In this document: positions 46,001-53,840 of the stretch, one piece after another
Layout: each line of letters opens with the position of its first letter
Position numbering within the stretch: the stretch's first letter is position 1
IMG/VR virus record: IMGVR_UViG_3300025671_000087
Location: 1-53,840 of that record
Source of the DNA: a virus
Lineage: Duplodnaviria; Caudoviricetes
Length of the DNA: 53,840 bases
Direction: 5' to 3' (one strand)
Position numbers and translations under genes: made by a program
Notes under the pieces: model-generated
What the model saw: only the letters and a program-made list of their open reading frames with translations
Told to the model about the DNA's origin: nothing
Database searches by the model: none

Positions 46001-47610
46001 GCTGCTATCTCACCCCTATCATACGGTACATCTTCACTGAGGATCGTTGTCTCTGGATCGTAGTAGACTGAACCTGCTTTGCCCAATTTAGCAAATGGCC
46101 TGTTCTTGTCAACAATAAATTCAGTTGTGTTCTGAAGTATCTCGTCCTCGGAATCAGTGTCTCGTTCGATCTTTATACAGATGATAGCCTCTTCTTCAAG
46201 AGATGCAGCATACTTTGTACGTCCGTCATCGTTAACCTGTGAGATAAATACCACACCAATGTTTAACTCTTTGGCAAGCTGGGCCATACGTGAACCTAGT
46301 GTGGTCAGTGTACTGGTAGCACCATCAACACCAGAGCTGGACAGATAAGCCAGACGTTGAACGTGGTCAACGAAAACGAAGTTAGCACCGAAGGATGTAA
46401 CAGCCATGCGAGTGTAGTCGAGCAACGTAAGTGGGTTGTCGTGAGACTGCATCTCAAAGATGATTGTCCTGTTGTTCTCAGAGTCGGCAATCTTATTAGC
46501 TGCTGCCTCTACATCATCAAGAGTGTAACCATTACGTTCGGCATCCTCTCTTGTACGAACATTGGAACCAAGCTCGTAGGTAGCCATAGCACGTAGTGTA
46601 GTGGACTTCATCTCCTCCATGTGTAGGAGTGCAACCTTTACACCCTCGTTCTGTAGAAGACCCGTCTCAAAGTAACGGATCACCTCAGTCTTACCAGTAC
46701 CACGGGGAGCCTTGATAAAGGTTAGTCCCCCCTTGACCATGCCACGGATCTTTTCATCGAGACCTGAGTGACCAGTAGGTACATACTCGTAAGGATTCTC
46801 TGTACGTAAAGCACTAGAAAAATCCTCACTAGAACAGAAGAAGTTCTCTGGGCTGTACCGCATGGGCTTCTTAGCTGCCCACATCAAGTCCTTACCATCA
46901 CCAGCCTGTAAGAAGTCATTGGCATCTTTGTGCTTGGACATAGGTACGTAGAAAAACTTATCGGGGAATGCCTGGTATAACTTGTCTGCTGCCCTACGCC
47001 CTGCAGGATCGAGTTCACCTGCGTAGATGATCTCTTTGAATGACGACAGATAGAGGTGGTTGTGGGCTATGAACTTTTCGCCAATGCTTGCACTGGGTAG
47101 AGACTTAACGGGAAAAGTCTTGCCGAGTATCTGATACAGAGAGGCCGCATCAAACTCACCTTCAGTGAGATAGATTCGTTGGCTTGTCCCTGCATTGAAC
47201 TCAGGGCCAAACAGGTGGTTCATACCCAATCCACGATCCTTTGTCCAGGTCTTAGACTTGTCATCGACTAGCCTGTACTTGACTGTGTGTGGGTACTTGT
47301 AGGCATAACGGACAGGTCGTCCGTCTTCGCCTTGCTGTATGGCAATGCCATATAGTTCGGACACGTCAGCATCTAAGCCTCGTATGCCCTCATGTGTCTG
47401 AGACACAATAGGTATATCCATAGGGTTTCTCCTCTCCTTCAATGGATACTCGGAATTAACCCATTCGAAAACATCTGGCATGTCTCGCATTGGGTAAGCC
47501 CTCGAACAAGAATGGCAGTGGCCGAAGCCATCGTCATTCCAATTAAATGCATCACTTGATCCGCAGTCTTGATACGGACAAGCTAAGTGTGGGTTGTCAT
47601 TGTTTGCCAC
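45997..47610 (-). CDS. primase-helicase (T7 gp4-like)
   Basis: Zn finger CPYQDC...CHSC, TOPRIM TEGEFDA, Walker A APRGTGKT, FVDH, ISQ, KNR; GTG start after GGAGG. Confidence 0.92.
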   Translation of the reverse strand: MANNDNPHLACPYQDCGSSDAFNWNDDGFGHCHSCSRAYPMRDMPDVFEWVNSEYPLKERRNPMDIPIVSQTHEGIRGLDADVSELYGIAIQQGEDGRPVRYAYKYPHTVKYRLVDDKSKTWTKDRGLGMNHLFGPEFNAGTSQRIYLTEGEFDAASLYQILGKTFPVKSLPSASIGEKFIAHNHLYLSSFKEIIYAGELDPAGRRAADKLYQAFPDKFFYVPMSKHKDANDFLQAGDGKDLMWAAKKPMRYSPENFFCSSEDFSSALRTENPYEYVPTGHSGLDEKIRGMVKGGLTFIKAPRGTGKTEVIRYFETGLLQNEGVKVALLHMEEMKSTTLRAMATYELGSNVRTREDAERNGYTLDDVEAAANKIADSENNRTIIFEMQSHDNPLTLLDYTRMAVTSFGANFVFVDHVQRLAYLSSSGVDGATSTLTTLGSRMAQLAKELNIGVVFISQVNDDGRTKYAASLEEEAIICIKIERDTDSEDEILQNTTEFIVDKNRPFAKLGKAGSVYYDPETTILSEDVPYDRGEIAA

Positions 47611-47839
47611 TTTTAACCTCCAGTCCAAATAACCCTTCTGGGCTATCCATTGCAGCATACAGATCTACGAGCTGTTGTAAAGACATTGCGATGACAGAAT
47701 TTTTCTGTGTGCTCTCATTAAATTGCAGAATAAAAACTTCTCCCTCATCACCTATTACAACCTCTACATCTTCATGCCTATCCTGTTCATCGAGTGTTCG
47801 GATAAGGGCATAGTCATATTCAAGTTCTACAGTAAACAT
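47597..47839 (-). CDS. hypothetical protein
   Basis: Coupled ORF with SD. Confidence 0.7.
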   Translation of the reverse strand: MFTVELEYDYALIRTLDEQDRHEDVEVVIGDEGEVFILQFNESTQKNSVIAMSLQQLVDLYAAMDSPEGLFGLEVKSGKQ

Positions 47840-48058
47840 TTACTCCCTCTGTCCCTTCAACACTTGTTCATACTTGAAGAACAACTGTTCAAACTTCCAC
47901 TGGTACAGCTGTTGCATACCCATCAAGGTATTCATCATCTCATCTTGTGTAGGCTCACGTTCACCGTCACCGATCTGTCTGAAGACAACCTGAAGGTCAT
48001 CACAGACATGCCAACAGTCCATGATCATTGGCTCTAAGTCATACAGTTTAGTCATCAT
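47840..48058 (-). CDS. hypothetical protein
   Basis: GGAGGT SD; [10 protein letters not shown]...KFEQLF. Confidence 0.75.
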   Translation of the reverse strand: MMTKLYDLEPMIMDCWHVCDDLQVVFRQIGDGEREPTQDEMMNTLMGMQQLYQWKFEQLFFKYEQVLKGQRE

Positions 48059-48203
48059 TCACCTCCTTGTTATGCTTACGTAATCGTTTATTGTAAGCAC
48101 GTTTGATCTTCTTTACTTGACCTGCTTTCCATAGGTAAAACTTACGTGCTTTAGTGAGAGCATCATACTCATCACCGCCCTTCATTGGTATACGCTTAGT
48201 CAT
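48048..48203 (-). CDS. small basic protein
   Basis: [17 protein letters not shown]...KRAYNKR; start revised from the track. Confidence 0.65.
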   Translation of the reverse strand: MTKRIPMKGGDEYDALTKARKFYLWKAGQVKKIKRAYNKRLRKHNKEVNDD

Positions 48204-48225
48204 CTTCGCCGCTAACTGTTTATCA

Positions 48226-48360
48226 TTACTCTTCCTCCAGACAGAAGCCACACCATGTGTCCTTGCTTGCATTACCACAGCTGACACATTTGCGCCACTT
48301 ATTCTTTTCATCACGTTCTTGGGATGCCTTACGTTCTTCATCTCTCATTGGTCTTATCAT
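48226..48360 (-). CDS. micro zinc-finger protein (44 aa, not in ORF track)
   Basis: MIRPMRDEERKASQERDEKNKWRKCVSCGNASKDTWCGFCLEEE; GGAG SD; CxxC-x8-CxxC. Confidence 0.65.
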   Translation of the reverse strand: MIRPMRDEERKASQERDEKNKWRKCVSCGNASKDTWCGFCLEEE

Positions 48361-48511
48361 TGTCTGTCTCCCAGTATAGACCTGTCTTAATCAGGGACAC
48401 AAAGCCCACGTTAAAGATGGCTCCAAATGTCTCTGAGTCACACTCAACCTGTAGTGTGGCACTGCCATCCTCATGCTCAGTTATTTCTGTCACCTTTACT
48501 TCACTCATCAT
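48338..48511 (-). CDS. small protein (57 aa, not in ORF track)
   Basis: MMSEVKVTEITEHEDGSATLQVEC...; overlaps the thyX stop. Confidence 0.65.
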   Translation of the reverse strand: MMSEVKVTEITEHEDGSATLQVECDSETFGAIFNVGFVSLIKTGLYWETDNDKTNER

Positions 48512-49169
48512 CATACATCCTCAATGCTTCCCAAGAGTTGGGGTAAATGTCCATCATATAGTCCTCAATCTCTTGAGCCACTAGCCTCGTCTCATACTGA
48601 GTATCATCCTTGAGACGTAGGCCACACATCTTAGCAAAGGCAAACAGAGAACCTGACCAGTACCACTCAGTCATCATAGACTGTGGCAGTACCATACGTG
48701 CTTGCTCTGGGCATACACCCCTGTCAAGCAAGCTGTTGTATAGAGTTTTACTAGCTAAACTAACGTCACCTATTTTACCAACATCTACCACGCCATCACT
48801 GCCTTGCTTCTTATCATCACTACGCCCACGCCATACGTCAGGCTGGTAGAACTCAGGTTCATCATCGACGTACCTACGGCTGATCTCATTCCAAGGCATG
48901 TACTCATGCTTGACCAGCTGACGTGCTACAAAGATCGGTGCCTTGACGTGGAAGGTAGCAAAGGCGTGATTGAACGGGGACTTGTGCTTGTGCTTTGCAA
49001 GATACCTGATCAGCCTCACATCGTTGTCGTGCAGTACAGGCACCATGACGGGGTCATCACCTATGCCTACCTCACCTAGTGCTTCACTCTTCTTACCGAA
49101 GCTAACCCTTGCAGAGTTGACCACGGATAGGTCTGACCCCATGTGGTCTACGTATGTTACCTCAATCAT
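48501..49169 (-). CDS. thyX: FAD-dependent thymidylate synthase
   Basis: VNSARVS, HKSPF, ARQLVKH-x5-NEISRRY, EQARMVLP. Confidence 0.95.
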   Translation of the reverse strand: MIEVTYVDHMGSDLSVVNSARVSFGKKSEALGEVGIGDDPVMVPVLHDNDVRLIRYLAKHKHKSPFNHAFATFHVKAPIFVARQLVKHEYMPWNEISRRYVDDEPEFYQPDVWRGRSDDKKQGSDGVVDVGKIGDVSLASKTLYNSLLDRGVCPEQARMVLPQSMMTEWYWSGSLFAFAKMCGLRLKDDTQYETRLVAQEIEDYMMDIYPNSWEALRMYDDE

Positions 49170-49521
49170 CTAACATTTCCTTTACAAATTCTTTTGCCTC
49201 TTCAAGATCTTCAAAATGCTGTCTAGTATTACCAACTAACCATTTTATTTTTTGTTCGTCAGGATCCCAAAGCTGCTGAACATATATCAGACGGTGCTTC
49301 GATGGTGAGTACGCAATGTAAGACCTATCTACACCTTTAACACCTCTATGAAGTTTATTAGTCCACCAGATGCCTTCGTGTGGCTGTGCCTTTGACCACT
49401 TAGCCGCACTGTGACCTACTACTTTTGATGCAGGTATCATTTTACGTTCACCTCCAGGCATAAAACTTTTTGATTGTTGTTGTTTACAAGAACCCCAGCC
49501 TTTTGTAGAGACTGTTGGCAT
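49162..49521 (-). CDS. hypothetical protein
   Basis: Fills the int-thyX gap; AGGAAG before the ATG. Confidence 0.6.
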   Translation of the reverse strand: MPTVSTKGWGSCKQQQSKSFMPGGERKMIPASKVVGHSAAKWSKAQPHEGIWWTNKLHRGVKGVDRSYIAYSPSKHRLIYVQQLWDPDEQKIKWLVGNTRQHFEDLEEAKEFVKEMLDD

Positions 49522-49603
49522 TCTTCCTGAGTAGAAAAGCTGCCGATCTGAAAGTAATCAACACCTGTTCCAGCTATTATTTGTACCCATATAGATACCC
49601 ATA

Positions 49604-50488
49604 TCATACTCTTTGTCTCCTATCTAATGCAGACTTTGCGGTTTTTAAACTAAACTTGTTGTACGGATTTAAACTTTGTACATGCTTATGACCTGATACA
49701 GATTGAATTGCAAGATGGTCTACACCACTCTCGATCATCTGCACAATGGCGGTCTTTCTTAAGTCACCCACTCGGAGGTCATCAGGAAGCCCTGCAGCAG
49801 CCTTAACGTCTGTAAGCAGTGTTGTCATCTGAACAATCGTTAGAGGCCTGTAGGCACTGTCCTGTGGCCTGTGGTGAGGTACTACGTAGGGCTGGAAGTC
49901 CCAGTCCTCTTTCTGCTGTTTGAGCATCGTGAGTAAGTTGTCTGGAATAGGTAGCTCAACAGTTGCACCTCGTTTGCTTTGAGTGATTGTCACTACCTCA
50001 TTCTCAAGGTCAACTTGATCCCATTGCAAGTTGCGTATGTCTATGGGTCTCTGCCCCCATTCATAACACATCAAGATAATCAGCCCAAGGTTTCTCCAGT
50101 CGAAGTTTTGGAATGCTGCGTCGAGGCATGATAGTACTTGGTCGTGCGTCCAGATAACTGAACGTGGCTCACTTGTACGTTTCCGTACTCGTGACATAGG
50201 ATTGGTAGGCATCTTCTCCATCGTGATCAGATAGTTCATCAGGACGGAGAATATACGTGCCTTGTGGTTTGCATTGGATGTAGATGTCTCCATCTCCCAC
50301 GTATCGTATATCTCCGTGCAAAGTGGGACGTTAAGATTCTTGATGGAGATATTACCCAGAGTCCTACCACCTACGGACATACGACAGAAAGAATGTAGTG
50401 CCGACTCGTAACCTTTTTGAGAGGATGCTGCCAGTGATGCAAACTGCCGTGTGTGTAGGTATTCATCTACTGCTGTTCTAAATCTCAT
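49604..50488 (-). CDS. int: tyrosine recombinase/integrase
   Basis: WGQRPIDI (R), QSKRG (K), GDLRKT (R), SGH (H), LNPY (Y); ATG at 50488 after AGGAAAG. Confidence 0.85.
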   Translation of the reverse strand: MRFRTAVDEYLHTRQFASLAASSQKGYESALHSFCRMSVGGRTLGNISIKNLNVPLCTEIYDTWEMETSTSNANHKARIFSVLMNYLITMEKMPTNPMSRVRKRTSEPRSVIWTHDQVLSCLDAAFQNFDWRNLGLIILMCYEWGQRPIDIRNLQWDQVDLENEVVTITQSKRGATVELPIPDNLLTMLKQQKEDWDFQPYVVPHHRPQDSAYRPLTIVQMTTLLTDVKAAAGLPDDLRVGDLRKTAIVQMIESGVDHLAIQSVSGHKHVQSLNPYNKFSLKTAKSALDRRQRV

Positions 50489-50532
50489 ATCTTTCCTAAC
50501 CAGTGTGTACAATCGTCATGTGGATCGTCCAT
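50485..50532 (-). CDS. 15-aa peptide coupled to int (not in ORF track)
   Basis: GGAGG SD; MDDPHDDCTHWLGKI; stop overlaps the int start (ATGA). Confidence 0.5.
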   Translation of the reverse strand: MDDPHDDCTHWLGKI

Positions 50533-50548
50533 GTTAGCCTCCATAGAT

Positions 50549-50625
50549 TGGCCCACCCTGCAGGACTCGAACCTGCAACCTACTGCTTAGAAGGCAGTTG
50601 CTCTATCCAGTTGAGCTAAGGGTGG
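50549..50625 (-). tRNA. tRNA-Arg(UCU)
   Basis: Cloverleaf: CCACCCT/AGGGTGG acceptor, GCTC/GAGC D stem, ACTGC-CT-TCT-AA-GCAGT, GCAGG-TTCGAGT-CCTGC, encoded CCA. Confidence 0.97.
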
Positions 50626-50630
50626 TGAAC

Positions 50631-50739
50631 CTATAGTTATACTTAAAGTATCTATTATTACTATAATAATAATTATTACAGTAACTTTAAGTTACCTTAA
50701 GTATTATAAAATAGACACTTTATTTCGTATGTCAAGGGG
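50631..50739 (-). promoter_or_regulatory. promoter region with ACTTWAAGT repeats upstream of tRNA/int/replication genes
   Basis: ACCCCTTGACA...TATAATACTTAAGGTAAC on the - strand; repeats at 50641, 50684 and 50694; GTATAACTATAGG next to the tRNA. Confidence 0.6.
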
Positions 50740-51714
50740 TCAGCCTAAATATTTTTTACCTAGTCTAGTTGCATACTCATCGTAGTAGCTAGAGTACTGT
50801 GCCATATCGTCAATCTGACACTCCTCCATGAGGCTGTACGGGGTGAAGCCGTATTGATCTAGCATCTCTGCAATCTTATGCGGGTAGTCGATCACCAGTG
50901 TCTCGAGCTGATCTATGTTGTCCTCATTACATACTGGCTCATAGCCAATAGCCTGAGACCTGTACACATACTTGTCCTCAACAACACTTGGGTCACGTTT
51001 GAACACTAGACGTGTCCAGTCAGCTAGACACAAGGCAGTCAGTAAGACATTAGCAAAATCAATGTCTTGAGTCTCATTGACACCATGCTGTCCGTAATAT
51101 CCGACACTGATGTTTGTGCATTCTGACACGTCAAGTATGTACTCGTTGCTGTCAGTGTAAGAGCCACCAGAGTCAGCCTTGAACTGTGGCAAGTTTATTG
51201 CCTCTGAGAAGGATGCAGCAAACTCATCTGAGGCTGTACGTAGGCCCATCTGGTGAGTGATGACGGACTCAGTGCCGTACCGATCAAAGCTAATCACTGC
51301 GTCAATATAACTCAACCACCAAGGGTTATCATCTACAAGTGCACGGCTACCCTTGCACCCTACTTCCTCAGCTGCATGGATGACATAGACACCCTCTACA
51401 CCCTCTTCAATCATGCCAAGGATAAGCCATACACCAGTGGTACAGTCAGCACCTAGGCAGCTGGATACCTTTGGGTCAGCAACAGAGATTACATCATTGA
51501 TAACAACGAGTTGCTGCATACCCTCTGTCTTGTGCACAGTGTCATGGTGTGCAGTGAAACACAGGTTAGGCTCATCACCAACGATGTGTATGTAGTTGCC
51601 ATGTCTGTCAGGTAAACCGAACGTAGGTTCGAGAAACCTTTGACAAAATTCTTTCTGCGTCTGACTACCCTCTGGGCGTTTGTAACGCAGCATCTCAATT
51701 AAACTATAGGTCAT
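50740..51714 (-). CDS. M20/M28-like zinc peptidase
   Basis: TAHHDTV, GADC, AAEEVG, ISFDR, YTDS and GYYGQH motifs; ATG overlaps the upstream stop. Confidence 0.8.
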   Translation of the reverse strand: MTYSLIEMLRYKRPEGSQTQKEFCQRFLEPTFGLPDRHGNYIHIVGDEPNLCFTAHHDTVHKTEGMQQLVVINDVISVADPKVSSCLGADCTTGVWLILGMIEEGVEGVYVIHAAEEVGCKGSRALVDDNPWWLSYIDAVISFDRYGTESVITHQMGLRTASDEFAASFSEAINLPQFKADSGGSYTDSNEYILDVSECTNISVGYYGQHGVNETQDIDFANVLLTALCLADWTRLVFKRDPSVVEDKYVYRSQAIGYEPVCNEDNIDQLETLVIDYPHKIAEMLDQYGFTPYSLMEECQIDDMAQYSSYYDEYATRLGKKYLG

Positions 51715-53306
51715 ACTTCCATTTCCTCTTGTACTTGTTCCCAAAGATTCTCGGCATTCTTTTGCCAGATGCCCGAATCATTGTCCATTTCCTCACTAGA
51801 TACTTCCTCACCATCAACAGTGGTACGTGACATGATGTTGGGGTACAACTCACCATCCCAGTCAGACCGAAAGTACTCGTCAATGGTGTCAGGTGAAATC
51901 CACACGTCATCGTGCTCACAGTATTGAACATCGTCAACATGCCACCACTCATCGTCAGTGCAGAGTACAAATGAATCGTAGTTAAGTACATGGTGCTCAC
52001 ACACTAGAAATACCTCGGTTCGACCTCCAAAAGTTACTCTACGGCACTCTATGGATTCTGACTTGTGTGTGTCTGACTCTGCATACTCGCAGTAAAAGTG
52101 TACGTCATAATAGCAGGACTCGCAGTAACACTCCTGGTCGTACTCTGAGTGGAATACGTCATCTTCATCTATGCCTCTACCACACTCGGTACACTCAGCA
52201 TAACTGCCACCAAGTACGCCACTGTATACACTGGCATCAACCTCACCACGATAGTCTATGACTAGGTGATCACCTGTATCAGACAATCGTTGTGGGATCA
52301 AGTCCAGATAGGGGCCGACAAAACCATCATCGTACTCGATACGTTTAAGACGTGCACCTACCCAACTTGCGTCCTCATCATACTTTGCACACATAGACTC
52401 TAGACGTTCTTCAATGCAGTCAATGGCTTGCTCGGACACACCATATATAGGCCCAGCCTGTGGTGTGTCGAAGTCGGGGCTTGTACATACCACACAACGA
52501 CCAGCAACGTCACCATTCTGGTCGGTGACAAAGACGATAGAGAAGTCACCACTAGCATATGCGGTAGCAGGATGGCAAGGCAGATGCTCAAACTCATACC
52601 GCATACAGCTGTGTGCACTGTGCTTGCGGGTACGAGTGGTGTTGATATTCTCCGTGGCTGATTGATTACCAGCATAGGCACGTCTGAAGTCTTCTGCATC
52701 TGTAGATACGTGAACCTTGAATTCCCGTGGTGCAAACTCTTGCAGGTACATATCATTCATCTGCATGAGTTGCTTGTGATCAAGCTCAGGGAACAACAGA
52801 CCAAAGGCACGGGTGGGATTCATGGCAGTGAGCCTGTCAGTGTCACGATGCTCTTGAGTTTTCCACAATGTGATCTTAGGATGAAACCTATTAGACCTAC
52901 GAGGGGCAAATGCACCGAGCCTGTAGTTTAGCTTTAGGCAGAGGTTTTGCTCATCTTGGTATCTTGGACAGAGTGACTTGACTGTACCCGTAAGCCAACC
53001 CATAAGTCGAACGTCTTTGTCATTGAATAGGCTGTACTCTCGGTACATACCCCAGCTACGCAACACCGGATCAGGCTCGTCAGGATCAGTGATGTAGATT
53101 TTCTTGACAACAAAGCCGTACTCGGTTGGTCGCACTACGTAACACTTGGTGTCACCGATAGTGATATGACCAGCACCAGCAACACCCTCCGCAGTAAAAA
53201 ATGCTGGGTCAAACTCGTAGGCCTTGTACATCTCAAGCTCTGCACTTACCTGCTCAGGCATAGTCTCTATCAAAGACTTGTTTACAGCAAGAATAGTATA
53301 ACTCAT
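51711..53306 (-). CDS. conserved early protein with an SCM...GRC...IYG core and Cys/His-rich C-terminal repeats
   Basis: HSCMRY, AGRCVV, GPIYG, GPYLD; CTECG, YCESC, FYCEY. Confidence 0.75.
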   Translation of the reverse strand: MSYTILAVNKSLIETMPEQVSAELEMYKAYEFDPAFFTAEGVAGAGHITIGDTKCYVVRPTEYGFVVKKIYITDPDEPDPVLRSWGMYREYSLFNDKDVRLMGWLTGTVKSLCPRYQDEQNLCLKLNYRLGAFAPRRSNRFHPKITLWKTQEHRDTDRLTAMNPTRAFGLLFPELDHKQLMQMNDMYLQEFAPREFKVHVSTDAEDFRRAYAGNQSATENINTTRTRKHSAHSCMRYEFEHLPCHPATAYASGDFSIVFVTDQNGDVAGRCVVCTSPDFDTPQAGPIYGVSEQAIDCIEERLESMCAKYDEDASWVGARLKRIEYDDGFVGPYLDLIPQRLSDTGDHLVIDYRGEVDASVYSGVLGGSYAECTECGRGIDEDDVFHSEYDQECYCESCYYDVHFYCEYAESDTHKSESIECRRVTFGGRTEVFLVCEHHVLNYDSFVLCTDDEWWHVDDVQYCEHDDVWISPDTIDEYFRSDWDGELYPNIMSRTTVDGEEVSSEEMDNDSGIWQKNAENLWEQVQEEMEV

Positions 53307-53307
53307 G

Positions 53308-53799
53308 TTAGTTCCTCCATTCAGGTTCCTTACCCCAACGCCATGTCAGGGTTATTGTACGTTCTTTCCACCTGTCATTCATATACAGGCGGTATGCACC
53401 ATGCACATCAGAAACGTCTGAGTAATCTACACCACGTTCTTGGTTACGTGCACAGTTTGCAAAGGGTGTCCTATTTTCAGATGGAAAGGCACCATGCTCT
53501 GCGTATTTGTCAAAGTAGGGCAACAGGTCAGCTGACTTGTGCAGTCCTACCTTCTGATTGAATAACGATCTCATGTGACTTACTAGCCAACGAAAGTTAT
53601 CACGGGATTGTCTGGCCCAGATTGTGCACGGGTGGTTCAAGTACGCCACCCGATACACTGGCAGGTCAGTGTCAGGCGTGAGGTGCCTGACTGTGGTAGA
53701 TAACATCTGTGCAGATTCCAAGATCATCTTGTTCTTGCGTATGTCATCCAACCACAATGCTGACTGCTCAGGACACTCAGAGAGTGCAAATATATTCAT
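53308..53799 (-). CDS. pyrimidine dimer DNA glycosylase (DenV)-like family protein
   Basis: MNIF...KMILESAQMLST...NHPCTIWAR...NFRWL...AYRLY; GGAGGT SD. Confidence 0.7.
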   Translation of the reverse strand: MNIFALSECPEQSALWLDDIRKNKMILESAQMLSTTVRHLTPDTDLPVYRVAYLNHPCTIWARQSRDNFRWLVSHMRSLFNQKVGLHKSADLLPYFDKYAEHGAFPSENRTPFANCARNQERGVDYSDVSDVHGAYRLYMNDRWKERTITLTWRWGKEPEWRN

Positions 53800-53840
53800 G
53801 TTACCTCCTAGTTAAGTAATTGTTTTAGTTGGGATATGAT

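Noticed and set aside
1-53840. Direct terminal repeats at the window ends, alternative genetic code, phage RNA polymerase
   Set aside because: The two ends share no visible repeat; genes read through with the standard code and all three stop codons are used; no single-subunit RNAP ORF is present.

Overview
The window is a near-complete (about 54 kb) dsDNA podovirus genome with two opposed arms. The + strand (about 2.0-38.4 kb) holds lysis genes, a cluster of tiny basic proteins, terminase, portal, a 1274-aa polyvalent-type protein, scaffold, major capsid, tail tube and fibre genes, and large internal virion proteins. The - strand (38.4-53.8 kb, apparently continuing into 1-500) holds early genes, tRNA-Arg(UCU), a tyrosine integrase, ThyX, a T7-like primase-helicase, family A DNA polymerase, SSB, nucleases, MazG, class II RNR, glutaredoxin and a DUF1289-like gene. 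The architecture resembles marine alphaproteobacterial (probably Roseobacter-group) podoviruses related to the HMO-2011 type; this is inference from gene content, not a database result. The most interesting signals lie outside the ORF track: a densely base-paired non-coding tract of about 500 nt ahead of the first early gene; a self-contained promoter, structured leader and DUF1127 small-protein cassette whose ribosome binding site is sequestered; shared structured leaders on the scaffold and capsid genes; a twin promoter with 10-bp phased repeats heading both arms; and short peptide motifs shared by otherwise unrelated putative head-internal proteins.
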